A stretch of 58,980 nucleotides of DNA, the filler included, from Sphacelaria rigidula (Eukaryota): assembly GCA_964200075.2 (NCBI GenBank). It is 10 parts of 10 records of this genome, joined end to end, with 100 filler letters (N's around TTAATTAATTAA, not from the genome) between each part and the next. Parts side by side here need not be neighbours in the genome. Positions count along the whole stretch, not along the records: positions 1 to 5,808 come from CAXNAA020024298.1; positions 5,909 to 11,716 come from CAXNAA020024299.1; positions 11,817 to 17,624 come from CAXNAA020024300.1; 7 more parts are not named here. One strand, 5' to 3'. Shown here piece after piece: positions 1-12,125 of the stretch; positions within the stretch are counted from its first letter, which is position 1, and every line of letters starts with the position of its first letter. Position numbers and translations under genes: made by a program. The notes below the pieces were generated by a model. It did not search any database. It had not been told where the DNA came from and saw nothing but the letters and a program-made list of their open reading frames with translations.

Positions 1-29
1 CTGGGTTGTAACGCTGAAATGAGTCATGG

Positions 30-115
30 GATTCATTCATCACGAGTCAACTTATCATATTAAAACCAAGTAATTTCCTGACAAATCATTATTTGTCCTA
101 ACCGTGAACTTTTCC
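30..115 (+). repeat. Dispersed repeat, also present reverse-complemented at about 23445-23525
   Basis: tcacgagtcaacttatcatattaaaaccaagtaatt...atcattatttgtcc aligns by eye with the reverse complement of the end of contig 4. Confidence 0.7.
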
Positions 116-334
116 CCTATTTTTGCCTTCTTGTAAATCAAACGTTACGCTTTTTCTATTTCGATAAACCTGCCGATATTTCACTTCCCTCAGATTCATT
201 CAAGAAGCTGTTTTGAACTCAGGTTCAAGTCTGTGCTCCTACTCCTGTTTACTTCTTATCCTTGAGGAAGCGTTACACTGCGTCACACCTCATTGACCAT
301 GGGTGTTATACCCCTATCAAATCTGCACAGGAAC

Positions 335-723
335 CGTAGGTAAGGTATCGTAGCGAGCGTACCCCCGGTATTTACCGGGGTATCCCATACCGTAGATATG
401 AGTTTTGAAAATACTCGATTGAGCGGGTACGGTAGGTATTGAAATCTCGAAATACCGTGGTATCGCAGGTAACGTAGGTATGAGTTTTGAAAATACCGAC
501 TTGAGCGGGTACGGTAGGTGTTGGTATCTCGAAATACCGTGGTACCGTAGGTATCGTAGGTACGACATACGAAAATACCGGATTCGGCGAGTACGGTAGG
601 TATTGAAATCTCGAAATACCGTGGTATCGTGGGTATCGTAGGTATGACATTTGAAAATCCCCGATTGGGTCGGTATCGGTAGGGTATGAGATGTCCCAAA
701 TACCAATACCGGGTACATGCCCT
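335..723. repeat. Interspersed repeat built of about 80-bp GGTA-rich tandem subunits, copy 1; likely a non-autonomous DNA transposon end
   Basis: About 4 subunits of gtaggtatgagttttgaaaatac...gagcgggtacggtaggtattgaaatctcgaaataccgtggtatc; ends in ccgggtacatgcccta. Confidence 0.8.
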
Positions 724-1734
724 ACCCTCTGTACCGAGTTCTAAACTGTCATCCGGCAGTCCGGAGAAGCGTTTCAGTGCGTGTCTTGGCGAAAAACAAT
801 TATAAAAAAAATGTGGCGGTGGAATTGATTTCAGCGAAAATCGCACGTTTTTGTCGAGTTGAGTCCAATCGAATTTTCAAGCTTCTGTTCGAAAAAAGAC
901 GGTGAAATCCGTGAAACGGTACATGGTCACTCGTGTACAGTACAGACAGTCTGTACTGTCTGCACTGCTTGCAAGCGGTGTGTCTCGAGTGCGTGTGTGC
1001 GTGTTTCGTGCAGTAAGATTTTCAAGAGAAGCGGGCAACGTGCAGTGCAGACAGCCCGGGACTACCAGTTCTCTCTGCTTATAATGTGACGTGAAAAAGA
1101 CTTGGACAATGTGCAGCTTTGTACTGCCTGCACTGTCCATGAGCGTGTGCGCAACTCGGTTGCTCAACCGCACCACGCAGTTCCGTCGCTGATCCTACCA
1201 TGCAAGAAGATGCGCAAGTTTTCGCCAACAAAAAATAAACAAAGCATACCCAACTATACCAAACTACTGCAGGGTATCCATCCTTGTGTGCTCCACTCGT
1301 ACTCGATGCTGCGGGGTTGGGATGGTAGCTGAGAATGAGCTGGATGGAGTTAGCATGGTTCTGTGAACGGGTGTTATCTGGCGTGGTCTGTAAGGTAGGA
1401 GTCAAGTGCCGCTTCGTGCCTTTCGACCGTATGTTTTTGATCGAAAAAGCTTAGCTTCTTTGTTTTGTAGTTTTTCTCCGCGCGCAACTAATTACAAATT
1501 GGAGTTGAAGCCTTTTAAGAACAGGAATGCGGAGGACCCATCAGATCGAGAAAGAAAAATCGATGGCACTACAGACTAGATAATAATGAGTTCATGCAAA
1601 TAGATCCCAACACGCAAATCAGGGGGGATCTGGGTATATATCACTTGTGAAAAGAAGACGTACCTGGTCCGACAACTTCTACCCTTTGAATAATAAGTTG
1701 GGACCAGCTGCTGCACCTTGGGGAGTGCATCGCG

Positions 1735-2090
1735 TCCGGTATTACCGGGTATACCCCCGGTATTTACCGGGATATCCCATACCGTGGTATGCGTAGGTAT
1801 CGTAGGTATGAATTTTGAAAGTATCCGACTGAGCGGGTACGGTAGGTACTGAAATCTCAACAATACCGTGGTATAGTAGGTATCGTAGTGAGTTTTGAAA
1901 ATACCTGCTTCAGCGGGTACGGTAGGTATCGTAGGTACGACATATGAAAATACCGGATTCGGCGAGTACGGTAGGTATTGAAATCTCGAAATATCGTGGT
2001 ATCGTGGGTGTGACATTTGAAAATATCCGATTGGACCGGTATCGGTAGGGTATGAGATGTCCCAAATACCGGTACCGGGTACCTACCTTA
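1735..2090. repeat. Second direct copy of the 335-723 repeat
   Basis: Same subunits and same terminal block (ggtatcggtagggtatgagatgtcccaaatacc...ccgggtac). Confidence 0.8.
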
Positions 2091-3239
2091 TCTCAGTGCC
2101 TGTGCAAATCTGTTACCTTTCGAACGAGCGCGGGGTCTTATTCTTCACTACCCAAGATTGTTTGTCAGACCTGAGAATCCAAGGTCGTACTCGCTTGGTG
2201 GAGAAAAAAAGAAGTTCTCGAGCATTGCCCGACCTCGAGAAAGAGACACAATCCTTCAAGGGCGTACCGGGTAGGGTAAATATCCGGGTATTCGCTGTCC
2301 CGAATTTTGTGCTGCCATGGTCCGATCTCGAAACCCTCTCCGAACATGGGTAAAGTCAGGTACGATAGCGATATGCTACCCAATATCTGGGTATTATCGA
2401 GCATGATTTCACAACTCTACCAGAGTTTTGGATGTACCACGGGGTACGATTTTTCAAAACGCCCAAATTTCGGAAGTATCCTACCTAACACACCCCTGCA
2501 ATCTTTCACACGCGGCAGGGTGATGGCATATTTGGGAACCAATGATACCCTGTAACGCATGACCTATTGTATGTTGCGGGTCGGCTTCCCTTCGCTTTGG
2601 GCGTCGGGAGGGGGGAAACCTCCGCAGTTGTTCGCTACACGCAGAGCGTACTGTACTTCATACCAGAAGATCGCATGGGTATATTGTTTCCCGATTGGGG
2701 ACATTGCATCGTTCGACCGTGAGTCTGAGTACCGGGAACTGATCATTCATCCGGAAGACCCATTTCCACGCGTTGGACGAAACCAAGCAGATAATGAGAT
2801 GATTAATCAAAAGTTCTACAGGCTGGGCTGCCTAAGAAGCGGACTTTCCTTCCGCCGGTTCTAACTGATGATCTATCGCGACTTGTGCCTACTATGACAC
2901 ATCGTGGTAATCTGCAAATCAACGNNNNNNNNNNAGCACTGCGATCTGACAAGTTCGCATCAAATGAAATACCAACCTCCAGTCAGCTGCGAAGTGTAGA
3001 GAGTTGAGGGTGGCATGTGAGGCGGATTAGCGGGAAAAAAACGGCTGAAATCGCATTTACGGTTACAGTCAGTTGTGCCGCGACCGCAAAGTGGTGCTGC
3101 ACTAGTTGTGGTTGTACAACAAGGCATGTCGTACTGTAGGCGCGCAGTGTCTGAGATGGCACGCAGACGACACCTCGTAGAACACGTCAAAGTCCCGACT
3201 GAGGTTATTGTACTCTAAAAGCAAGTGAAACGGGTTTCG

Positions 3240-3545
3240 ACAGAAAAACGCGATTTCACTACTCAATTTAAACTTGTTTTCCATGAAATTTTGACACGAT
3301 ATACATGGGGTATATGTGAAGCCCCTACCGGTTGCCCCTCCTTCATTTTTTTTCCTCGTACGTTGTTGGTCGTCTGAATTTCGGAACAGTTTTTTCTGGT
3401 ACAGAAGCATCGACAACTCATTAAAAAAACAAAAATGTCAAGGGGGGACAGTAGGGAGTTCAAAACATAAGTCATGCGCATCGTGTCGAAATTTCGTGAA
3501 AAAATATTTGAAATTCAACAGCATGACCGCGTTCCATTTTTTCGC
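3240..3545. mobile_element. Degenerate palindromic MITE-like unit related to 3579-3882
   Basis: aaacgcgattt...atgaaattttgacacgat on the left and atcgtgtcgaaatttcgtg...cgcgtt on the right; shares the central gaacagttttt motif with the adjacent copy. Confidence 0.55.
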
Positions 3546-3578
3546 GGCTGGTCCATCTCCACATAGGAGACCAGTCTT

Positions 3579-3882
3579 GGACACGAACACGCGATTTAGC
3601 AGCTGAATTTCAGGTCGTTTTCTATGAAATTTGGACACGATGTACAGAATGTATGTGCGAAGACGCCACTTTTTAGACCTTACATTTTTTTTCTCCGTAA
3701 GTTATCGGCGACCAAATATTTCAGAACAGTTTTTTCGGAACGAAATCGTGAATAACTCCAAAAGAAAAAGAAAAAATGTAGGGTGGGAAAAGTGGCGTCT
3801 TCGCACATACATCCTCTACATCGTGTCAAAATTTCAGTGAAAACGACCAGGAATTCAGCTGCTAAATCGCGTTTTCACATCC
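3579..3882. mobile_element. Palindromic MITE with inverted arms of about 100 bp
   Basis: cgcgatttagcagctgaattt...tatgtgcgaagacgccactttt (3590-3673) pairs with aaaagtggcgtcttcgcacata...gaattcagctgctaaatcgcg (3788-3871). Confidence 0.8.
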
Positions 3883-4015
3883 CTGTCCGCGTCTTAGGCG
3901 GCCCAGCCTGTGCTTATATATTTTGCATTCTTGATACTCTATCCGGAATATTTGAGTAACATCTTGATCCACAGACTACCTGTATACTGAACGCAAGGTC
4001 GTTCGTAATACTCGC

Positions 4016-4458
4016 CTGAGAGTCCAAAAAATCCTCAAGCATCGTCATAGGCAACACGCTGATCGCCGGCTCCGCCGTCTTCGACAACGCCGCCGCCTTC
4101 GCCACCTCCGCCGTGGCAAATTCAAGCGTCAGAGCTAATAACCCCAACGGCCTCGACTTCTCCAACCCGCCACCATCTACACTAGACATCTCTTCGCCCG
4201 CCTGAGCACCGTGCTTCCCCGTTCCCCCACCGTCTCCGCGCCGACTGCTTCTGCTGGGCCTCCCGATGGTTGCCCGTCCCTCTACCCCCACGATATCCAC
4301 GGCCGCAGTTGTGTTGATCGTTTCATTTACCATGTCCAGGGCGGCTTCGTGCATGCAGTGTCTGAAGGCCACTTCGACTTCTCCGGCAAGTCGGGTGTTG
4401 AGCAGAGTTGTTCGTCTTGCTGCGGCGGGCGCTTTCCCATTGTTGGTCGAGGGCACGC
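4016..4458 (-). CDS. THOC1: Probable internal exon of THO complex subunit 1 (THOC1/Hpr1), N-terminal region
   Basis: EVEVAFRHCMHEA, LGLLALTLEFA and VLPMTMLEDFLDSQ occur in the order and spacing of the THOC1 motifs as I recall them (LDQAFRGILEE, LAIISLAI, PFVLLGDVLD). Acceptor aaag follows a simple-repeat tract; donor is CAG|gcgagt. Assignment is from memory, no search run. Confidence 0.55.
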
Positions 4459-5808
4459 CTTTTGCGTTGTTGTTGTTGTCGTTGTTGTTGATGATGATGA
4501 TGGTGATGATATTGGACATCGTCATCGTTGCCGTCGTCGTTGCAACGTGGCAGTGGCATTGACGTTTTGGAATAAAAATAAAAATGAAGCGAGTTTGAAG
4601 TAGTAGTGAGAGGTCAAAAGGGGGTGAGCAAGAGATACAAGAGAGAGACGACGAGTGATCATACACTTGGAACATAAATGTTCCGAATCAAACATCATCG
4701 CGTTCGTGCATCACCTTCTTGGAAGATCCAAGAGCTACACCAACTAGGGACAGAAAAGCTACAGCTACAGCTGTGACTGACCTGAAGGTCTCAGGGTCAA
4801 GATAGCCGTCGAATCTGCGCAGTGGGTAAACACTGTTCCGCAGTGAGTAAAAACTGTTGCGAGATGGAACGATTGTCCATGCCCTCAAAATATGAACTCC
4901 GTAGCAGTATAGGTACTACTGTAGAATGGGCCTCTGCCGACGGATTGAACACCATCGCTTTTCTTTGCTTCTTCGTGGTCGTACTTTGACGCCCCACTTT
5001 TCCTCCTGAGGACGAGTCTGCCGCTTTAATTGATCAATCCATCTTTCACGGTGCTTGCGTTACCCTTTACACTTGAGCATTTGATCGGTATTTTCGCAGC
5101 CCCCGTTGACTTTTCGACTTGTATCATTTGTTGCCAACCCAGGTAGGTGAACCAAGAAGATAGACTCTGCTCTTGGATTTCGAGCTCATGACCTGTATGA
5201 CTGAAGTATCGTCATGACCGCATCAAGCTAAAATCACCAACATGCAACAAGCACAGGTGTACTGTACCCACGACAACAATGTCCCCCGTCCCCGTCTTGA
5301 AAAACTTGGAGTGAACAGCCAGCGCCGGCTTAATGCTTCGCACGTGAAATTTGAAACAAGTCGCTGACGTTTTACGATGTGTACGAATCCAACATTTTCT
5401 ACTTCGATAAAGAAGAGGGATACGGCAGCTTCAATGGCCAGAAGGAGAACGGGGAAGACCAAAACAACAAACGACAACAACCAAAACCAAACCAAAACAC
5501 AGATTTGGGGCTGAAGATATGGACAGTAGGCCATCATGTGTCAACAACCATCAGATTTTTTGCCTGACGTCTTGGCCAGTCAGCGAGTTGCGCATATCCA
5601 GCTTCTATTTTGTTACTGACCTTTCGGCCAGTCGGCCACCATTTGTGCCTGATCCTCGAAGAGACCGAGGTCAAGGTAAGAGTCGCCGTTCAACGGATCC
5701 GAGCATTTTTTTACTGCGGGGATGAGTAGCGACAGCGCGTTGTCCAGATTGTTCGGCAACGGTTGCTCCATCATAGCACACCCCACCCCCCCCCCCCTCC
5801 CAGCTCCT

Positions 5809-5908
5809 NNNNNNNNNNNNNNNNNNNNNNNNNNNNNNNNNNNNNNNNNNNNTTAATTAATTAANNNNNNNNNNNNNNNNNNNNNNNNNNNNNNNNNNNN
5901 NNNNNNNN
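5809..5908. other. Artificial contig linker (N44-TTAATTAATTAA-N44); repeats every 5908 bp at 11717, 17625, 23533, 29441, 35349, 41257, 47165 and 53073
   Basis: Nine identical 100-bp linkers with stops in all six frames; 10 x 5808 + 9 x 100 = 58980. Confidence 0.99.
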
Positions 5909-5941
5909 TGGCGCGTAGACTCCCTGGCACAGTGTAGAGAG

Positions 5942-6286
5942 CGATGGCCTAGCAGAGGTACGTTCTCCGTCGATCAGTGGCCCAGATAAGGTACGATTGA
6001 AAATATTTCCTAGATCAGGTGTACCTCGGCGAAATGTGGCCTACAAAAGGTGAGCGATTTCTGGAGGCGAAATGTCCGTTTTCGCGTGGCCATATTTCTC
6101 GAGTAATATGTTTTTTATCCGTTTTTTTTTCGAGTCCCGGGTGCCAATGGTCGACCCGAACGATGTGCGTGAAAATCTGGAGCGAAAACGGTCAAAATGG
6201 CGTGTTTGGCTGTTTTCGCGATCCTGGCCATTTTTCGTACCTCTCCTGGGCGAAAAACGAGAAGGTATACTTTTTCTAGGCCATTG
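5942..6286. mobile_element. Possible degenerate MITE
   Basis: Imperfect termini cgatggcctagcagaggta / tatactttttctaggccattg. Confidence 0.4.
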
Positions 6287-6795
6287 TCCTAAAGAGAACC
6301 AACGATGTCGCCGACGACAGCGCTGATAGCTGTTCAGGTTGCACGACTAGAAGTGATGTGTCCTTCACGAACAGCTGTGCTTGCCGACCCTGTGTTCACA
6401 GTGCCAGCGGAGGTTCACCGTGTGTCCCAGTTAAAGACTAGTGGACTTCATCGATGAACTTACTGTATTTGGTACACGAAGTGATGTCCGAAGGCTGTCT
6501 TCATGTATTAAGCCATCGTTATTGTCCACAAGGTACAGTAGTGGGCGGTCTAACTACCCATTTTGTGTCATTTTGGGATTTTTTCGTAATTGGCGATTTT
6601 CTTGGGCTCTTTTTGCTTGCCACCGCCAATCACGTCGGGGATCTGAAGATATTTGTACCCGCTCCACATCCAACAAGGAAAAATCCTCTGTACTCAATAT
6701 TGAGTGAGGGACTTACAGGCTGACCGGTGGTCCTGCCACGTTTCGGCCCAGATTCTTACTCTGTATTGTCGGTCGATCGAGCCCGTCCCGATCTA

Positions 6796-7579
6796 CCGTA
6801 ATATCCTCTGTGAACGCCCCCCTTTTGTGAACAACCCCCGCCCCCAAAAAAACGTTTTTTAACGCCGAAAACCTTGTTTTCACCCCGGGGCGCTATGTTT
6901 TTTTGCAAAACAAAATCGCCCCTCTACCTCTGTGTTCACCCCGGGACGTTCTTTGTTCGCCCCCCCTTTTTTTTTTGCGCCCCCGGGGCGTTCTTTCAAT
7001 CAGCTGCCTCCGCTACTGCTGCTGCTACAGCTGACTGTGCTGTTTGTCGTTCCTGTTGTTATTTTTGTTGTTGATGCTGTTCATGTCTTTGCTGGTACGA
7101 GGAGCGCCCCTTTGGCCAGGTGACTCTCGTGAGGGCAAAGTTGGGCTCAGGGTACACTCGTTTGAGCGGACCCTTTCGTTTTTTGTTGGAGGGGCCGTCA
7201 ACCCGATCCTCCTTCTCCTCACCACCCTGCGGACGACGCAAGCTCCCTCAATCACAAGCCTTTTTGCGCCTCTTGAAAGCTTGCTCGTAGATAGCGTTGA
7301 GGCCCCACATCGTGGGTTCCAAAACGAGAGAGGTCCGCGTAGACGTGCTGTGGATGTTGTGCAGGTAAAAACTACAAAAGGCCCACGCTCCGGGGGCTTT
7401 TTCGCCCCGGGGTGTTCTATTTGCCCTATAAAATAGCCGGCGCCCCGGGGCGAAAAAGCCCCGGGTTTTTTTTTTTTTCTACGGAAGATCGCCCCTCCAC
7501 CTTTGAGAACACCCCGGGGCGATCCCCTGACGACCGGATTTTGACGCGCCCCCCGGGGCGTTCACAGAGGATATTACGG
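6796..7579. mobile_element. Non-autonomous Tc1/mariner-superfamily (Tc2/pogo-like) element, 784 bp
   Basis: Perfect 25-bp TIR CCGTAATATCCTCTGTGAACGCCCC at both ends, flanked by TA (6794-6795 and 7580-7581); repeated subterminal CCGGGGCG motifs; no transposase ORF. Confidence 0.9.
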
Positions 7580-9760
7580 TAACATGTAAAGAAACGTACA
7601 GTTTTATTATTTCGCAATTCTACCTTACCATTGCACTAGGGCCCGAAAACTGTGTTTACCGGTCAATAACACCCTCCTGACGAACGGGGTATTTACTTGT
7701 TTCGCCCGATAACACCAACGCTAATGTAGGCACTATGTTTCGAAAATGATCTGCATCGTTGTACCAAAATCTACCGACCCTGGCAATTTCGAGCTCTATC
7801 GAAGAGTAGTACACAAGGAAACCCCCCAAAACCCCCTCAAATACTTAGACCACCCACTACTGTAGACGTGTACCCCCAGTGTCACACAACAAAACGGAAA
7901 CACTCGTTGAAAAAGAATCAAGAAAACCGAAACGTACAACAGAGTATACTGGGAAACAAAACAAAAGAAAGCAAAACAGCAGGCACAGACAGGGAAAAAA
8001 AACTGGAGGTGGCCGGCTTCTGCAACATGGCTTAGGTGGTAACAGGTCTTGCGCAAAAGCATGGGCATACCCAAACGAAAACAAGGAAGCCGTTGGAACA
8101 GAATGCGGCTCATTCATTTCGGCCACACTATTTTGGGTGGGAGCTCCTTCCGATGAACCCTACGGAGCGAGGTACCAAACGGCGACTTGCATACACCGCG
8201 AGGAGAGAAACACATGTAGAGATGGCGAAAGGGAAACCACGAAAGTGATGAAGCCCAAGGGTGCAGTACAGCAGACCAGCTGCGAACGCACCACGAGGGA
8301 GCACCGCAAGGCAACCAACCGAGGGAAAAACAACAATCGATTCGAAACGACAGGAGTATGTCACTTTCCGTGTTGAACCAGCTTCCCCCACTCATCCCTA
8401 GTCGTGTTTGAATTCAAGTGTCTCGCAATATTCGATGCAGTTCGCGGCGCCGTGAGTAAGCAATTTCCGAAATTTAGGTATGGCAGGGTCTTCGTGCCAG
8501 ATGGGGGACACAGGCGGTAGTGGGTATTACCGACCGCTTCCGTAGAAGGCACATGGGCCCATGGGCATATAGCTATTTCTTTCAATAGGAACGAATTCTC
8601 CGCATGGCATGTAAGTCTTATACCCTCTAAAAGCGGGCTTGGAGCTTCGCGTAGCTCCTTACATCACAAGGGACTGTTGTGCACCCCCACCTCACCTTTG
8701 CTGCGCAGACATGTGAGTAACCTCCCCCCCCCCCTTGCGCCTAAAGCGACGCGAAGTCGGTGCGCATTTCAACGGCATGGAACATACTCCGTGCGGCACC
8801 CATTGTTGAAGAGTAGTATTAGCGCACACGGTGCAGCGGCGACTACCTAGATACCGAAGAGACACAGAAAAGCTGAACTGGCTCGTGCTCGACCAACCCC
8901 ATGAGGCTGACTACGTATGTAGCGTGGCAGGTGACATATGAAAAACCACAAGCGAACGTAGACCTGACGGCACGTACGTACGAGCTAGCAGCACATGGAA
9001 ACATGGAAACTGTTGACGATAAACAAAGTCTCCGAGTCGAGGCGGACGGGAGGTTGCTACCGTTCGCCCTGCTGACCAAGTAAAGCGTTATCGCCAACCG
9101 ACGGGGAGGGGGACATCGTACCATAGCCAGCAACAGCGATACTACAGTTCCGATTTTTTCGGCTGGTGCTCACGATATTGTGCAGCATAGTGAACTTGCA
9201 CATCGAGGTCCCGTTTATTATGACACATTTACGAGACATTCAATCCGATATGACTGATACCGTTGGCATATTGGTGTTTGGCTTACGTTCGTCGCTCTAC
9301 CCATGGCACCAAGCATGTCCGGAGTGAAATAAATGGTTCGAAAAAATCATCGACCTCGGCGGACCTCTTTGTGGTCTAGCCGCCACGACGTTTACTGGTC
9401 CCAGGGTATTGTTACACGCCAGATCGTCCCGTACTGCAGGAGAAAAATAGACACGGCGCGAGCACGATATCGGCCTACAGTAACAGTAACGATCATCGCT
9501 GCCGAGGCTGTCGGAGGGGGGGGGGGGGGGTAGACCAAAAACGCGCTCACACGTGTGACAATCCTGGGACCACCGCTCGTGTTTTGTGATGGCTACGTTC
9601 ATGACCGGATGAAGACATGTCCATCCAGATACCAATAAAGAAAATGTCCGCAACAGTATATACGAAGAGCAGTTTTACTTGTTCTTTGCGCATGAAGATT
9701 GAATGCTGAGTATAGAAAATATTTATCATTCTCATTTGCATGTTCAGCGTAACGGCTTAC

Positions 9761-9965
9761 CTAACAAGCCCATCCCGCGGAAATCTGACTCTGGAGCTCG
9801 ACCATTTTGAAAACCAATCTGTCCCCAATCTTCCCTGCGCGTTCCCGGCTTGAGCGATTCCCACAGTGACTCCAAGAGAGCAACATGCTCAGGATTCTCC
9901 TTGTCATAGGAGACCTGCTGTAGGGTGGCGACCTTCATATGCACAGCGTTCACCGTTGAAATTAC
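9761..9965 (-). CDS. ELMOD: ELMO domain-containing protein, exon 2
   Basis: YDKENPEHVALLESLW...WGQIGFQNGRAPESDFRGMGLLG is the ELMO/CED-12 signature; boundaries cag| and |gtaagc; phase matches exon 1. Confidence 0.93.
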
Positions 9966-10667
9966 CTGCCAATAGCCCAACATTTCCACAGCACGGCACA
10001 GCCTCGCTGTTGTATGTGGACTGACTGTCCTGGACAAGCTTCAAAGAGGCTGGGTGGGCGATTTCATCCACCACGGGCGCCGCCTGCCCGTTATTCCCAT
10101 GATTTCCGAGAGAGCGTGCTCGAGGTGCCGCGGTAGCAGGCTTCACGAAAATGCAAGACTGTTACGAGGCATTCACAAGGCCTACAGGTCCACTTGGCCC
10201 CATAGCGGTATGCCGCCATTGGTCGATGTAATCATATTTGGCACACAAGTACTCGTAGTCGTTGGGCTGCGGTGAAATGACACCGCACTTGTGATTCAAA
10301 CTTCTCCTGAAAACTTGCGCGTGTGGTGGAGCTTTGAAATAACATAACCTCGGGTCGGATGCAAATCCTTACTGTAGACGCACGTACATCTCGTGCGTGA
10401 ACGACGTGATACATGAGTTAAGCTGGGCGAAGACGATGAGCCACTCGGTGCAAGCTTACATTGTGTCTGTGTCGCACTGTGTGTGCTCTGTGTGCCGAAT
10501 ACTGCAGTGCAGTACTTCACCCAATGATACAACAGTTCACGTAGACGGCGTCCATGACACTTCTTGATGACAGAGAGACTGTACTCCTGAACAAGAGTAC
10601 AGCAGGCGAAACTTAGGAATTTCGGGGCTACCACCCTGTTGAGACATTTTAACAACCGAACCCTCAC

Positions 10668-10985
10668 CTGCAAGGACCAGGTCAGCGCTGATACGACATT
10701 GCTGTCTGTGATTTTTTTGGCACCAACAATCTTGTCCACGGTTTCGCTCACTACAAAAGGTTGCTTCCCGAAAACGATGTTTCTGACTTCCTCAACTTGA
10801 GTACTCCTCGCCAACGACCTTGCGATGGATGTGACCAGCGCCGCGTCGAGGGCTGTTCTACCCAAAACTGCACGCTCAAGCTCTCCCTTCCCGCCCGTCA
10901 ATTGGCGTAGCACCCACTTGCATATTCGGCGGAGAATTCTGAGTAGCGCTCGACATGAGCGTCTCCCCTTTGTGATGATGGACAT
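10668..10985 (-). CDS. ELMOD: ELMO domain-containing protein, exon 1
   Basis: Starts at ATG; KWVLRQLTGGKGELER resembles the ELMOD1/2 N-terminal KWLLRQMTGKCELQR; donor CAG|gtgagg; 318 bp, phase 0. Later exons were not found. Confidence 0.85.
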
Positions 10986-11635
10986 GGCTTAGGGACTACC
11001 CTCTACGAAGGGTTGGTTGCCTGGAAAGCGTTGCAAATGTCTGTAGACTGCGGGAAAAGTTTCATTCCTTCACACTAGATTTTATACAAACTGTCAAACC
11101 CGTGAGTAACTGCTGTTGTGTTGCCGTTGTCTGAACGTCTGAACATGCCATTTTCTTTTTTCTTCAACTGCTTGTCAGTATATGAACAGGCCTTGATCGT
11201 CTTCGAGCCCACTCCTTCTACTTGGGTGATGCTTCAGGTCCACAGCTGCATGCGCAAGGTGTGCGGATCCTCGATAATCATCATCAGTATTTCGCCGGGG
11301 ATTTTTATTCATTAAAGTGATATAGACGCCTCCGCGAGAAACGGTGGATGATGGCAAATGTCCTAATTTCGCCCCGAGGATCCGCACACCTTGTGCATGC
11401 ACCTGCAGACCTGAAGCATCGCCCAAGTGGAAGGAGTGGACTCGAAGACGATCGAGGTGTGTTCATATACTAACAAGCAGTTCCTCTCGCATGTTGCACC
11501 GATGTTGGCGCTGTCTGTTTGGAGCATTTGCAGAATCCGTGCAGCCTAGGGCGACCCCCCCCCCCCTGCCCCCCCGTCGAACCTCACCTCCGATGTCATG
11601 GCAGAGCACGGCGTTCGCATGACGTCACCGACAGA

Positions 11636-11716
11636 TACTGTGTTGTGTTGTGTGTTGTCGTCCCCTTTATTCTGGGCACCAGTCTACACCTTTCGGTGTA
11701 TGTGGGTGCATCTGAG
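11636..11716 (-). mobile_element. 3' end of a SINE of the same family as 17770-18122, cut by the contig end
   Basis: tgtgttgtcgtcccctttattctgggcaccagtcta matches the SINE tails at 17725-17820. Confidence 0.75.
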
Positions 11717-12125
11717 NNNNNNNNNNNNNNNNNNNNNNNNNNNNNNNNNNNNNNNNNNNNTTAATTAATTAANNNNNNNNNNNNNNNNNNNNNNNNNNNN
11801 NNNNNNNNNNNNNNNNGTGGTATCGCTCGTGCGTGTCGTGCGGGGGGTTGATCGACAGCTGGCGAGCCCGTGTGCGTTCCAAAAAAGCGGCGCAATTACT
11901 GCCTGGTGGAGCCAGCGAGGGTTGCCTGTTCCACGCTTGGCCAGCTACGGTCAGAAAGAGGAGTCTAAGGACTTCAAACACGTGGTGAGACCAGCGTGAG
12001 GAAGAGGCGCTGTGGCCATTGTCGCTTGGTGGCCAAGCGTGTCTTGGTGTATGGAAAGTTGTTGTTTCTCTGATTAGGCGTTGTTTCTGGAACCACTGTT
12101 GAGCTGTTGAGATGCTGCTTTATGA

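Noticed and set aside
335..2090. CRISPR array, LTR pair, or repeat proteins (ORFs 283-846 and 1576-2016)
   Set aside because: No unique spacers, no TG..CA ends or PBS/PPT; the ORFs are translations of the DNA repeat.
5909..9760. Downstream ELMOD exons
   Set aside because: Candidate acceptors near 9475, 9435 and 8847 gave no ELMO-like translation, so none were called.
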